Below, piece by piece: positions 12,541 to 26,006 of a DNA stretch of 64,000 nucleotides; the stretch's first letter is position 1; every line of letters begins with the position of its first letter. The DNA lies in the NCBI RefSeq assembly GCF_006345805.1, contig NC_043005.1:102734001-102798000 (forward strand), given 5' to 3'. The position numbers were made by a program, and so were the translations under genes. The notes under the pieces were generated by a model. The model was not told the DNA's origin. It saw nothing but the letters and a program-made list of their open reading frames with translations, and did not search any database. The DNA is from Octopus sinensis. Taxonomy: Eukaryota.

Positions 12541-12934
12541 AGGAGTGGCTGTGTGGTAAGCAGCTTGCTAACCAACCACATGGTTCCGGGTTCAGTCCCG
12601 CTGCTGGACATCTTGGGCAAGTGTCTTCTGCTATAGCCCCGGGCCGACCAATGCCTTGTGAGTGGATTTGGTAGACGGAAACTGAAAAGAAGCCTGTCGT
12701 ATATATGTAATATATATATATGCATGTGTGTGTTTGCGTGTCTGTGGTTGTCCCCCTAGCATTGCTTGACAACCGATGCTGGTGTGTTTACGTCCCCGTA
12801 ACTTAGCGGTTCGGCAAAAAAGACCGATAGAATAAGTACTGGGCCTACAAAGAATAAGTCCCGGGATCGATTTGCTCGACTAAAGGCGGTGCTCCAGCAT
12901 GGCCGCAGTCAAATGACTGAAACAAGTAAAAGAG
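12541..12934 (+). mobile_element. SINE family A, full length
   Basis: Same head, CORE-like CTTGGGCAAGTG, microsatellite linker and tail as the copies at 9403 and 21271. Confidence 0.93.
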
Positions 12935-12953
12935 TATATATATATTTCTCTGA

Positions 12954-13142
12954 GGCGGCGAACTGGTAAAAGCTTTAGCACGCCGAGCGAAATACTAAGC
13001 GACATTTCATCCGCCTTCACGTTCTGCGTTCAAATTCCACTGTGGTCGATAAAATAAGTAGCAGTTGAGTACTGGAGTCGCAGAAATAAACTTAACACCA
13101 TCCTCCCCAAATTTCGGGCCTTGCACCAAAATTTGAAGTCAA
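12954..13142 (+). mobile_element. SINE family B (tail type i), internally deleted
   Basis: GGCGGCGAACTGG...TTAGCACGCCGAGCGAAAT...GTTCAAATTCC...GGTCGATAAAATAAGTA...CCCCAAATTTCGGGCCTTG. Confidence 0.8.
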
Positions 13143-13989
13143 TATGTGTTTCTCCCAACAAAGAGGCCGACTCAAACCTGCTATGTTTAGATTTGTCTAA
13201 AAATCAAAATAACACACAAGACTCTGTTGTCCTCGATGGTATAACGACCTCGAGCATTCCCATCATACCTCCGTGCTCAAACCCTTCCAAGGGTAGGAAG
13301 CAGGAGATATAATGGTTTGCATCACCTTCTCACTTCAGGTTATATCCTTGTCCAAGCTTTTTCCCATTCCCTACTACGACATAAATATTATTTAATCTTC
13401 AACAAATCTACTATTAATGTCTCCTATTCCACCACTTCTAATTTAAGATCCAAAAATGCCCCCTGTAATAGACGCAATATTCACGTTCAGGTGGTAGACC
13501 CCTCCGATCAATCCCTCACAACCCCTATCTAGCCCTTAGAAACCCTTCCCGATTCAATAATACCGACAATAATGTTACTTCTTATTCTACTACCTACAAC
13601 GGTGACAATCTCTCCCAACCTAAAATTAGTACAGATAATTGGCGGTAATTGGCCATGGCATACCAGACCTTTTCAGGAATCAATTCCAATTCCAGTACTA
13701 GTAGGAAATTTTCGGATCTCCTAACTCTGTTCAATCTGAAGTTTCTATCTACGCAGTAATGTAGTATACAAATGCCGTGTAATAAACCACACTTCCACTA
13801 CGCAATTGTTTGCATTGGCAGTACAGCGACTTCGAGCTCCGCTACCGAGAAAACAAATTCTTCATCTAATCAAAACTGAACTATCTAACTCCGTAGCGCA
13901 ATGTCTGGTCCTAAATGTTCTCTATACACTATCCTAATCCATTGCCTGCGAGGATTCCCCATACAGTACTAACCTCTGAGTTTGAAAAT

Positions 13990-15188
13990 CATGTTTCAGG
14001 CAACTGCTCATCATCATCCGCCTCAACAACGATTCATGGATAAACAAGTTGGAGCCAATACTCTTCCGCTTTTTATGGGGAAGAAAGGCTCCACTTGTAA
14101 GGCGCTCAATCCGCTACCAAAAGTGGCAAAAGGGTGGGTTAGGGATACCGGGGTAAAGAAGCGCAGACATGCGTTGAGACTAAAGCATCTCTGGCTCTAC
14201 CTGGATGGTAAACAGGTATGATCTGCTTTTGTTGAGGCGACTTATTTCAAGTTCACTAGTTTTAGTGGACTAATTTCTTGGATTAAGTGTAGACAGAAAG
14301 CAGGGCCTTGGCAGGCCGAATGCAGCCAAGACTTTCGTCTTCTCTCTCGCACGTGTGGCACCGGTGGTCAGGGTTCCACATCGTTGTTTTATAGAGGGTT
14401 AGTAGAGACAAAGTGTAATGAAACGGTGGGAGATGTCCTGGGTCTCGACGATGGTCAACTAGCCGGCCTGTACCGACGTACATTCCAGACAGGGACCTTG
14501 GATAATTTTAAAAAGTCCATGGCTTGGCAGTGTTACAGAGGGCTTTACCTGTTCATGATAAACTCGCAAGGCATGGAAGTCAGTCTTCGCCAAAGTTTTG
14601 AGCAGTACAGACAAACTGTCCTGTACGCTATGGTACAATGTCTGAAAATCTCGGAATTGTGGGTTTATGTCGAACAGCTGCTGTCCTGTATGAGAAGAAT
14701 ACATCTGTCCTCCGAATCAATCATTAAGATTACTCCGCCAAGGAAGATTATGTTGAAATTGATTGTGCGAAAGAAGATGTCTCGTATAAAAGGAGTAGCG
14801 ACAGGCGTCTTCATCTCTAGCCAAGGTTTAGTAACCTTCTTCATTTTCCATCTCAAAAGGAAAATACGGCTGAATAGGAGATGCCTATGGGCTGCGACAA
14901 ATAATAAAAGATGGAAAAAAAGTGGTACGGATGCTGGGTATGAATGACCAGACATAAGAGTAAACAATGAAGAACAATCAAAAGGTCTCAAATGGTGGAA
15001 CGAAGCTTGTGGGGTCGGAGCCGAACCCGCCCTCCACTTCATTGTATCGTCTGTTTTTGTTAAATCATACGATATATTTTTAAGAAATATTTATATTGTA
15101 CATCCCTTTGTAAAACTCATTCGTTTTTATCCACCCGTGTTTTGTATCGTTCCCTCTGTGTTAGCCCCTTGTAGGCAATAAAGAATAA
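13990..15188 (+). mobile_element. L1/Tx1-clade LINE, 5'-truncated; ORF2 C-terminus plus 3' UTR, decayed
   Basis: Frame at ~14060 reads FRFLWGRKAPLVRRSIRYQKWQKGGLGIP, the FLW...GGLG motif of L1/Tx1 ORF2. It continues RRHALRLKHLW and, in ORF 14384..14947, a degenerate zinc-knuckle region TVLYAMVQC...LW..VEQLL. The 3' end has AATAAAG at ~15177. Confidence 0.8.
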
Positions 15189-15379
15189 TGAACGCATATC
15201 TAGCGTAAATATCATTTTTCCTTGATGAACTAGACATTCTCTGAAAATGAATGTTAAGATAAATTTGTTATTTGGACGAGTGAACCACAGAAATGAGAGT
15301 TGGAATACATTATTTTGTCTAACAAGTAACCCAAAACTATGTTTAATGCCTATTATTCTAACTATACCATATTTTAATA

Positions 15380-16609
15380 TATCAAGTCATCTCATAAGTT
15401 ATGTGTGATGTTAGCTTAATTGAATGAAATTTAATAGTATTTTAGAATGGCTAATGGAATTAAGAATTATTTCTATGCATTTGTGTACATTTAAGCTAAT
15501 TCAATATTATTTTACAGAATAATAGAATTAAACTTTCCTTGATTAAAACCCTTTCTAACTTGGAAGTATCCAAAGAGAATTTAAAGCACATAATGATTTA
15601 TGAGTACAAAAAAGGAAAACTCTGCAGCCGAAGCGACTCGAAACATACACTCAGTTTATCGGACATTTCAGCATTGAAGATGAAAATCGAACAGAACGTC
15701 CAGTTGAGTTTGATGATAAGCTCCTTGAGGCACTATTTAAAGAAAATCCTGCATTATGAGTTGAAGATTTGGCAATAAAGCTTAGTTCAAACCATACAAC
15801 TGTTCATCGTCATTTTCGACAACTTTGAAACTTTCCTAAACTTCGAAAATGGGTGCCTCATGAACTGACCGTAAGCAACAGAAAATCCCGAGTTGACATC
15901 TGCTCTACTCTCTATTCTCGCGGACTCATTTCACACCTTTTGGATAGACATGTGGCAGGTGACGAACATTGGATCTTCTATCGAAATGTTAAACGTCGTA
16001 AACAGTGGTTTGATAAAAGGGAAAAAAGCTCAACCACAACCGAAAGGGAACTTTATGGTAAAAAGTTTATACGCTCTATCTGGTGGGATTGCAAAGATGT
16101 CATTCACTTTGAATTGCTCCCACCTAATACAACAATAAATGCTGAAGTCTACTGACAGCAATTAGAGCGTTTGAACCAAGCTTTGAATTAAAAAAGACCC
16201 GCTTTAGTGAATCGAAAAGGAGTGATGTTTCATCAGGACAATGCGTGACCCCACACTGTAAAGATCACACTACAGAAGATCGAAGAGCTTGGTTGGGAAA
16301 AATTCCTCATCCACTTTATTCTCTCGACCTTGCTCCTTCAGATTACCATTTGGTTCGTAGTTTACAGAATCCTTTGGGGGACATAACTTTCGCCACCCTG
16401 GAAGAAGTCGAAACAGACATTTCAGAGTTCTTTGTTTTGAAACCAAAAGAGTTTTACTTTGATGAGATCAAAAAGCTTGTAAATAGATGGAAGAAAGTCA
16501 TAGATGATCTGGGAAAGTACATTGATGATTAAATTTCATTTAAATATAACACTTGATCACGTGTTTTGTTTATTCAAAATTCGGACAGAACTTATGGGAT
16601 GACCTGATA
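15380..16609 (+). mobile_element. Full-length (~1.23 kb) mariner DNA transposon with TIRs, non-autonomous
   Basis: Left TIR TATCAAGTCATCTCATAAGTTATGTGTGA (15380) is an imperfect inverse of the right TIR TCGGACAGAACTTATGGGATGACCTGATA (16581-16609). TA at both ends; transposase inside. Confidence 0.93.
15560..16532 (+). pseudogene. Mariner transposase pseudogene (DD34D type)
   Basis: (M)EVSKENLKHIMIYEYKKG HTH start, KWVPHEL, GDEHWIFY (first D), FHQDNA*P (second D) and YSLDLAPSDYHL (third D). Contains frameshifts and stops. Confidence 0.93.
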
Positions 16610-16900
16610 AAACAGATCGTTTTTCTATTATCCGTTATTATTATATTTATATATCCATATTTTTATATGTCCATTTATATTTTTAGTATTTTTATATTTT
16701 TATATCTCTAATATATCTATATATGTTTCAGCTTGGCCAACTCTCATTTTTATCTTAATTAAACCCGTATGTGTGTGTGCGTGCGTGCGTGCGTGTTAAC
16801 CGTAGTTTGTCTGATTTAAATTGTATCCATTATTATAGCTATCTAATGCCTCAGGTTCGACTTGAGCACTTCTACTGTGTCTATATATTTCGAAAGAAAA

Positions 16901-16901
16901 T

Positions 16902-16934
<33 letters not shown>

Positions 16935-16944
16935 ATGTATATAT

Positions 16945-16988
<44 letters not shown>

Positions 16989-17031
16989 GTGTGTATGTAT
17001 GTATATGTATATATATATATGTATATATATG

Positions 17032-17105
<74 letters not shown>
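16901..17105. repeat. (TA)n/(TG)n compound microsatellite
   Basis: Directly visible. Confidence 0.95.
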
Positions 17106-17107
<2 letters not shown>

Positions 17108-19074
17108 TAGCAACAATTTTTGAATGCATTTAGCGATAGTTCCTGGGACAGAAAATTGATTATAGGTCCAGTCTATCAGTTCTGACCTCTGAATAAACAA
17201 CAACACGAGCACCACCAACAACATAAACTATGAGTGTTGCTCCATTGATAGGAACTATTATTTACTACTAGCTATACAATTACATTTACATTACTGGGAG
17301 ATAAGGCCATTTAGTAATCAATCTTGGTGTTTATCTATAACTCAATATCTTGGGTAATGCTTTGCACTATTTTGCGCTTGTATTTAACACAATAAGAAAT
17401 GTATATGTCTATAAGTAGCTAGATAGGAATTCAACATCCTGTACCATTTATAAGAAACCTAACCATTAATTAAGTTTAAACTTAACTATTAGTGACGGAA
17501 AGTTAATTCTTCAATAATTATTATATATTAGAATAATTAAAGAATTACTAATAATGCATTATCTACGTCTATAGGTTATTTGTTCTAGTGTTCTGCTTTC
17601 ATACACAAAGCAAATAATGCCCGATTGTTCCTGGGAAACTAAAATAATAATACAATGAAGCGAGAACCTTGCGTCAGCATTGTCTTTCCCATTGGTGATG
17701 TTTATTATAATCCACTTTCGTTTAGCCAGAATTTATGTACAATGTGAAAAGTTATCACATCGACCATCTCCATACATCACCGAAGACTAATCACAGGCAA
17801 GACTAAACAATAACCTCTTCTCATGTTAATTTACCTAAATAATGTATGTCTAGAACATACATATGCACACGGAAACACACAAATGCACACCATTTGAATA
17901 ACATGACTTGAACTTAAATTCATCAAGTATATACATATTATCTTCCACGAGGCGGTTATCAGATATATAAAATGGAAGCGGATTGTAGGTGACGTAAGAA
18001 TCCTTGTATTTACGTAACATGCTTAATTTTAGCTGAATTTAACAAGCAGTAATTGAAGAAATAATTTACTTAAAGTTATCTTGAAATGACTAAGTTTTAT
18101 GGAGATTCATGTACTAAACAGGCATTTTTATCAGAATGTCTCAGGACTAATTCACTGCCCTTATTTTACGAATAATATAGTAATAATAGTATTATTAAAA
18201 TATTACTACTTTTTCGTTACATAGTCTCTGCTGAAAACGTTTTACGTGTATGCCGTAACAAAGTAGTACTGTCTTCAATAGAGAAATAAACAAAAGCATC
18301 TATGGTGTCCGCCCCAACCCTCCTCGCTCCCTTCCTCCACCCATCCGTTCTTCCATGCAACTTCGCCCAATATTCCTAGGAGGGCGTTGGAGTAGAGAAC
18401 TCAAGCACTTCTCAATAGGCTCCTATCAACTCACAATACATTTTCCGGCTGAATTCCCAAGTATGTCAAACTAAGATTATCCAAGAATTTCATTCTTGCT
18501 ATACTGCTAGTCACGGTTTCAATAATCAGTCTTGCGATTCTTTCCTGCGATATTCTAATGGCATGTCTGTCTTAAGAGAACATTCAATGCAGAGAAATAG
18601 TTCCTCGACCCGGAGAGACACCTGATCTTCCAAAAAGGCACCATTTCGAGTAACATTGTTCCAGAAATCCTTATGAAGACCTCTATTTCAACCACTTGTA
18701 CTCGGAATCATACGCTTTCGTTCAATACAGAACAGTCTCATATGCATGAAAACCGAATTGAACATAACGAGTTTGCTTGTTTTATATAACCAACCTCTCG
18801 TCTCTGCTATCTAACTAACAGAAATGTTTGTATTAATAATAAGGAAGAAAGAAACTTCATTTTGAATGAGTTGTGTGTTGGCATTATCATTATAATTTGC
18901 ATTTAGTAGTAGTCACTGATGGTATTTGATTACTTCATTGAATTGCACGACTGCGCCTTAGAGGTGGGTTTCGCTCTAACTAAACTATTAACAATGTCAA
19001 ATGCAACTTCTGATGAAAATAAAGATTTCAATTATGTTCAAAGTGTACGGAGTGTCAGACTAAATAAATATATA

Positions 19075-19251
19075 GGCTCTGGCGTGGCTGTGTGGTAAGA
19101 AGCTTGCTTCCCAAACATATGTTCCGGGCTCAGACCTAAGTGTGGCACCTTCGGCTAACGTCTTCTATAGCCTCGGGCAAACCAAAGCCTTGTGAGTGAA
19201 TTCGGTAGACGGAAACTGGAAGAAACCCGTCGTATATATGTGTGCGCGTAT

Positions 19252-19284
<33 letters not shown>

Positions 19285-19568
19285 CATATGTACGAGCGCG
19301 TGTGAGTATGTGGGTGTTGTGTACTTGTATCTATGTATGTGTGTGTCTTTGCATGTGTTTTTGCTTCCCTATCATTACTTGGCAAACGGTGTTGGTGTTT
19401 TTCTGTCTGCGTAACATAGCGGTTCAGCAAAAGAAAACGAAAGAATAAGTACTAGCTCTACTATGAAAATGGAAGCCCTGAGGTCGATGTGTCAGACTCA
19501 GAGCTCTTGAAGGCGATGTTCCAGCATGGCCGCGATGAAAATGACTGAAACAAGTAAACGAATAAACG
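19075..19568 (+). mobile_element. SINE family A, older diverged copy with expanded internal (TG)n
   Basis: GGCGTGGCTGTGTGGTAAGAAGCTTGC...GTAGACGGAAACTGGAAGAAACCCGTCGT-(TG)n-...CCAGCATGGCCGC...AATGACTGAAACAAGTAAA. Confidence 0.88.
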
Positions 19569-19806
19569 TATATTTATTTCCTCATCTATTTAGCGTCAAT
19601 GCATTTAGTAAATCTCTCTGGTAATGCCATATAGTCGTGATTGAGTCGTAGGGACATTTTCATAATATACGATATCTGTGGGAGACTTTATACCTGACGG
19701 GTCCATTCAGTCTCGGCATCTGATCACAGTGAATATCTTTCAGAGAAAAACAATTTAACAGAGGGGAGAATAATTGAGCTCAGAACATATATATATATAT
19801 ATATAT

Positions 19807-19841
<35 letters not shown>

Positions 19842-20853
19842 TACAGAGAAAGTGAGACAGAGAGAGAGAGAGAGTTATTAAATATATATACAACATTTAT
19901 ATATACATACCCACACACACTTTTACTTTTATAGTTATAATCATATTTGTATGAGGTTTTTGTCGGTCGGAATGGACATTTTGTCGGCAGACATATATTT
20001 TGCATCCTTTTGACGATGCAGGACAAGGCTATCCAAGACATTTTACAGAGGAATAGTAGCGGTTGCCTTCTTAGTATTCTCACGTGTTTACAATACCGAT
20101 GGCATCCAAATGCAAAGGGCATAAGACAGTATTGATTAATAGCAATGATGTGCAGGTGTTGCTGCAAGAAAGTGAACAGCCAAAATCGATAACGCAGATC
20201 ATGTCCATAAAAATGAACTCATTGTATTATCGACCCAAAAGGACACATCAAAGTTGACTTCACAGAGTTCAATTTCAGTCCAAAGAAGAATAGGAATAAA
20301 CATAGAATAGTATTCTATCTTAGGGCGTCATCATCTTGACAATTTTATTCCTACCTTCATTTCAAAAGTGTTTATAGATCTTTTACTATATCTCCTGTCT
20401 TGTTCAGCAGCTGCATCTGATATATATTTCACTAGACCGTCCATTGAATCGCATTTAGCTTTGATATACTTTCAGTTCCCATGTTGTGGGTCTCTTCAAA
20501 TAAGATGCATGCAGCCGAACGATCTTTGCACACTCTGCTAGAGTGCACAAGTTTCGTGAGATAAAATATATTGCATGGAATATATGTCAGCACCGGTGAT
20601 GTGGCTGGCAAAGCCTACTTTGTATTGAAAAACAATAGGAAAAATGGCGGGAATTTTTCAGTACATTTCGTCATGTGATGTTCAGAGAAACCGTCGGTGT
20701 TGAGTTATCTGCTTCGGGATATCATTTCAAAGCATCGACTTTTGGTTACTTACACCGAATACAATACACAGACTGAAATTACTCAATCTGAACAATCTTT
20801 CCATCTTACTTTCCTATCCAGGAACCTTAATTTATACCATATGCTTACAAACG

Positions 20854-20933
<80 letters not shown>

Positions 20934-21270
20934 CACATAGATACACACTGTAGCATCAACAAAGAATGTACACAAACGCGCACACACACATATATGTGTT
21001 TATCATATTTCCTGATATTGTTATTCTGATGTCATTCTCTGAAACCTTATCTTCCCCAAGGTGTCAGCTACCGTATTGAGCATTGTGTTCTATGCTGTTA
21101 GAAATTACTACAGAACCATGCTACTGGTTTAAAGAATAGTTATTTTACATAACATCATGGCACTAATACGTTACACTTATAAATAAATACATTGGATGGT
21201 GCCTTAGTTCAATATTATTCATATAAGCTTGACACATATAACTGCATTATCAAACTAATATTCAATATAA

Positions 21271-21687
21271 GGCGCAGGAGTGGCTGTGTGGTAAGTAGCT
21301 TGCTAACCAACCACATGGTTCCGGGTTCAGTTCCACTGCGTGGCATCTTGGGCAAGTGTCTTCTGCTATAGCCCCGGGCCGACCAATGCCTTGTGAGTGG
21401 ATTTGGTAGACGGAAACTGAAAGAAGCCTGTCGTATATATGTATATATATATAAGTGTGTGTGTATATGTTTGTGTGTCTGTGTTTGTCCCCCTAGCATT
21501 GCTTGACAACCGATGCTGGTGTGTTTACGTCCCCGTCACTTAGCGGTTCGGCAAAAGCGATCGATAGAATAAGTACTGGGCTTACAAAGAATAAGTCCCG
21601 GGGTCGATTTGCTTGACTAAAGACGGTGCTCCAGCATGGCCGCAGTCAAATGACTGAAACAAGTAAAAGAGTAAAAGAGTAAAGAGT
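21271..21687 (+). mobile_element. SINE family A, full length, young-looking
   Basis: GGCGCAGGAGTGGCTGTGTGGTAAGTAGC through (AAGAGTA)n tail; near-identical to the copy at 12541. Confidence 0.95.
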
Positions 21688-22769
21688 ATCCATTATACGC
21701 TTTTGAAATTGTTACAACTATCAAGGAGAGATGTGCCTTCACATCTACATACAATCGACCATTTCAGGGGATAAACGTTTATCAAAGCGAAGAATTAAGG
21801 CTGAGGACCATGAGAATGAGATAAAATGTACCATACCGAAATTAAGTTGTTTCCTTACATGGTAGCTCTGATGCTCTGCTGCTTTTTCTTCCTTCGGCAT
21901 ATTTATCTACATTATACACTTCTTGAACTTTCCGTTTATTTTCACTGTATATTTCATCGCTTTCCCTGGCACGTGCATTTGTTTGTCTGTCATCACACAT
22001 TTTTGTCTGACATGGCGAATTATATGTTTCTCTCCATTTTGTGTCATAATTTTACTCATTTTTTTGTGTGATTCTTACCTGTATATGTGTACGTATGTGT
22101 GTATGTGTGGGCGTACCTCTTAGTATGTAAACACTGTACGTAATACTAACATACTGCTATCTAACTAAGCTATGCATATATTCATGCAGGTTATGTCATT
22201 GTATATATTTACTGAATTAAATTCCATAATCAGCTCGTCTAGATTCCGTGTGTATCTCTTGACATTTATAGTTCACTTTACTTTCGCATGTAATTTCAAT
22301 AAGTTAATCTCTTAATAGAAATTGTAAATAGGAATCACATATACATATAATAGATCGGAATCTAAAATGCATTGAATACTACAAGCTTCACACAGTCTTG
22401 AATATCGCTCGATCTGAAATGCAATTACATAAATCCCACTTTTGCTTCGGTTAGATAAGCAATTTGCACTTATATTGTTTATACAGAATAGATGAATATA
22501 TTTCCCTGTCTTCAAAGATCCAAATATTATCTCAAGCAAGAATATTTACTGATAAACTAGGGATGTTAACCCCTCAACAAACTGCAGAATCTCATTTAGA
22601 GCCGCCAATGTCGAAACCGTTAAATAGTCTTTCAGCGTGTAAGTATTAACAGCCGTATCTCTATTAGTTCCCATTGTCCTGACAAGGAAAAAGGACAGAA
22701 GAAATATTATATTCTCACATGTGTGTATGGGTGTGTTTGTTTGTGATTGTGTTTGTTAGTTTGTTTGTT

Positions 22770-22815
<46 letters not shown>

Positions 22816-25622
22816 AATATAGTAAAATTTGTAAGTTCTTGGGTCATAGATCTGTTGAACACACATTGATGTAGTGCTGCCAGGGAACATAAGAAAGAAG
22901 AAGAATGAAGACATGCACCCAACACCAGAGCTGAAGACACCTCCGAAAGGGTGGGGCGCCGCGTCAAAGCGGTAGAGGAGTAGGGCCGAAACCGGACGTG
23001 ATTCCTCCTGATGATGCCTTGAGATAACTGGATACTATAAAGGAGCTGTTGTGGTAGCAGACCACGAAACACGGTTGTAATTCCTATCATAGGCACGGAT
23101 GGAATGACTTTCTGACACCTGATTACAAATGATAAATAAAAGCATACACAGAACATATATGTATACATGTATCTGTGTGTCTATTATAAGCTCATTCGGT
23201 AGGGGAGCAAACATTATACTGCCGACATTTATATTGTATAGTTAGAAGGCTCTTGCACCCTCCAGCCAGGAAATATATTCGCTGCGCTTAGTTTCTTGCC
23301 GAAACTTTCTCCTTATAGACTATGTCTGAAAAACACAGTGAGACAGACTCTAGGGAATGAGATAATTTGATTCTGATTCTCTTTCATCAGAGATAGACCC
23401 ACATTCAGAGGACTAACATAGCTTGGTAAGAAGGCCTATCGACCTTTGTAAAAATGGAAAAAACATATTTACCTATGTGTGCTATGGTTTTATCAAACTG
23501 GAACTATTTAATCGGTTGTTTAAATTTTTAATTTCGAACAGTCCTCTATACTCGAAAGTAGAAAAGAGTGTGTTGTGTTTAGTATTAATACGTTCATGTA
23601 AAAGAATGTGATCGATGAGAAATATCGCTAATATTTGTTATACATATATACATAAGTTATAACTGGAATATTGTTGCTAATACAAATCCAACAAATCTTT
23701 TCATTTTCGAATATGGAACGTTAAATACATGTTACGCAACATTATTATGATTGCCGATACTTAGTATGGCTATAATTAATTTACTTTTCTTGGCAAATCT
23801 TTGCAAATATATATGCTTCTGCTAAGGTATGCTGAAAATTCGAAGAGTCAGTGTGCACTGAAGAGGAGTGTCAATGGTGAAGCGAAATCCCACTTAATCT
23901 CGTGCCTGTCAGTTCTTTCACGGAAGTCAGAGTCTAGCAGGTTTCGTATCACAGGAAGGTCATTATGCCAATAATAAGCACACGCACTGCTGCAGCTTCA
24001 CTTCTTTATGGTTTTTTCAACAATTTAGCTATTTAACCTACTATCTAATAGGTTTTGATGAATCTTCGGTTACTCAATCAATCAGTTGTGTTTGTTAAAC
24101 CCTTTCACAGCTAATCGTCACCTCTACAACGACATGTTCTATTTACACATGGCCAGTTTCCATCTTGGGTCTTGTTCAATTTTAGGTCCAAGAGTTTGTT
24201 GTTGCATGGATGTAAGTGGGAATTTACATGAGAAGGGTAAGGTGAAGGGGAAGAGGAGAGCGCATATGTGCGTATGTATGAGTGTGTACTCATGTGTGTA
24301 TGCAGTTTTGTGAATGTTTGTGTAAGCTTAAGGTTACGTTTGTATTGTGTAGCTGGTTCTATAAGCGTATTGCAGAGACAAGGAGAGAGAAAAGCAGAGT
24401 GTATGTACGCGTATGTCTCTAAGTATGTATGTCAGAATGCACGTTCATGTGTTTATGTAGGTTATGGTTCTCTAAATGTTTGTGCATGCGTGTTTTTATG
24501 TTGTGGTTGCTTCTGTGTGTCTGTATGTGTATGTTTCGAAGTATGTGTGTCACATGTACGTCGATTGGCTTATGTACGTTCTGGTGTCTCTGTGAATGTC
24601 TGTGGATACGTGTTCTTATGATGTAGTAGCTTCTGTGAGTACTTCTTGCAACAGAGAGAAAACTCCCTCTAAATTTCTTTATATATCTTTCTCCCCTTCT
24701 TTCTCTTTCTTTCTGTCTGTCTTTCTTTCTCTCTCTATCTCTATCTCTGTCTTCGCCACCGCCCTTGCCATCTCTATGCCTACTATTACTCTCACCCCAC
24801 CACAACGAAGTATAATTGAATAGTGAGAGAGCGAGTCAAACTGTGATGTGACTCACTGACACATAGAAATTAGCTTTCGAATTTATTATATTACATGTTT
24901 ATATTTAAGAATAACCATGTAGACCGCAGAAAATGCAAGCCCATTTGGAAAGCAATGATCATTTCCTCATTTACGCTCATAGATTGTCTTGTCGAGAACA
25001 TGAGTAAGCTACGTTTGTGAAGGTAAAACTGAATTAACATCACTTCATTAAGTAATTAATGTAGGGCGTATGTTAAAAGTTCATTTGAATTAGAAACGCA
25101 TTGTTCTAAAGTAAAAGACAAGTTTTGAAATATTGCCCTTTTTAAATAAAAATTGTTCAACGTGTCTTTGATATAAGTTTTGTAGTAACGATTTTGCACC
25201 AATATCTCTTCTGTTGTGTTTCTCTTAGCCTACGTGGTTTTATATTTGTATATGCATGGAAGTACACATATCTACATACATACACACACACACACAAGCA
25301 CACGCGTACGCAAATATATATATATATATATACAGAGACAGATGGATACGAAGCTAGTAAATAATTCAGCTGCGCGTGATATCACTTTGAGTGCCTCAAA
25401 ACTATAAATTTTTGCCTGTGTTGGATTTAAATATGCAACTTGAAGAAAATATGGCATATCTATCATTAGTTGTCTGCTAATACAGACACATACACAAATA
25501 CACACACACACGCGGATATATGGTGAAAAACTGTTTGTGGTGTACATATATATGCATATTTGCACATTCCTGGTGTCGGGTTCAGAATACACTTATGTCA
25601 GTATATATACATACATGCACTC

Positions 25623-25653
<31 letters not shown>

Positions 25654-25967
25654 TACATATAACATACATTTATAACTTACATATGCAATAAACCTGGTTA
25701 CAACTCCTTACAAGATAAAAATTAAAATGGCATCCACGCGAGGAAATAAGAGCGAAGCTAAGTTGGCAGGCTTTGTATAGAGAAGTGTGACATATGTCAA
25801 TATAATATGTTTGAAACCAGGAATCTATTCTTTTACTCCGAGAAACTATTTTAGTTGATTTTTTTCTCATCAACTTCTTGAACAGTGATTCCATTATTTA
25901 TATGTCGATCACCAGTAGAACGTGAATGAATAAGAGCCGCTTCGTTATTTATGCGCATGTATATGTG

Positions 25968-26006
<39 letters not shown>

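Noticed and set aside
17640-17830. GDGRCD motif suggesting a Kolobok-like transposase
   Set aside because: Six-residue match with no supporting flanking motifs.
20330-20700. Possible RTE LINE 3' remnant
   Set aside because: Only faint motif resemblance after hand translation; not enough to annotate.
22707-23168. 153-aa minus-strand ORF in GC-richer sequence
   Set aside because: Both ends are microsatellite and the middle has no motif I can assign to a gene or TE.
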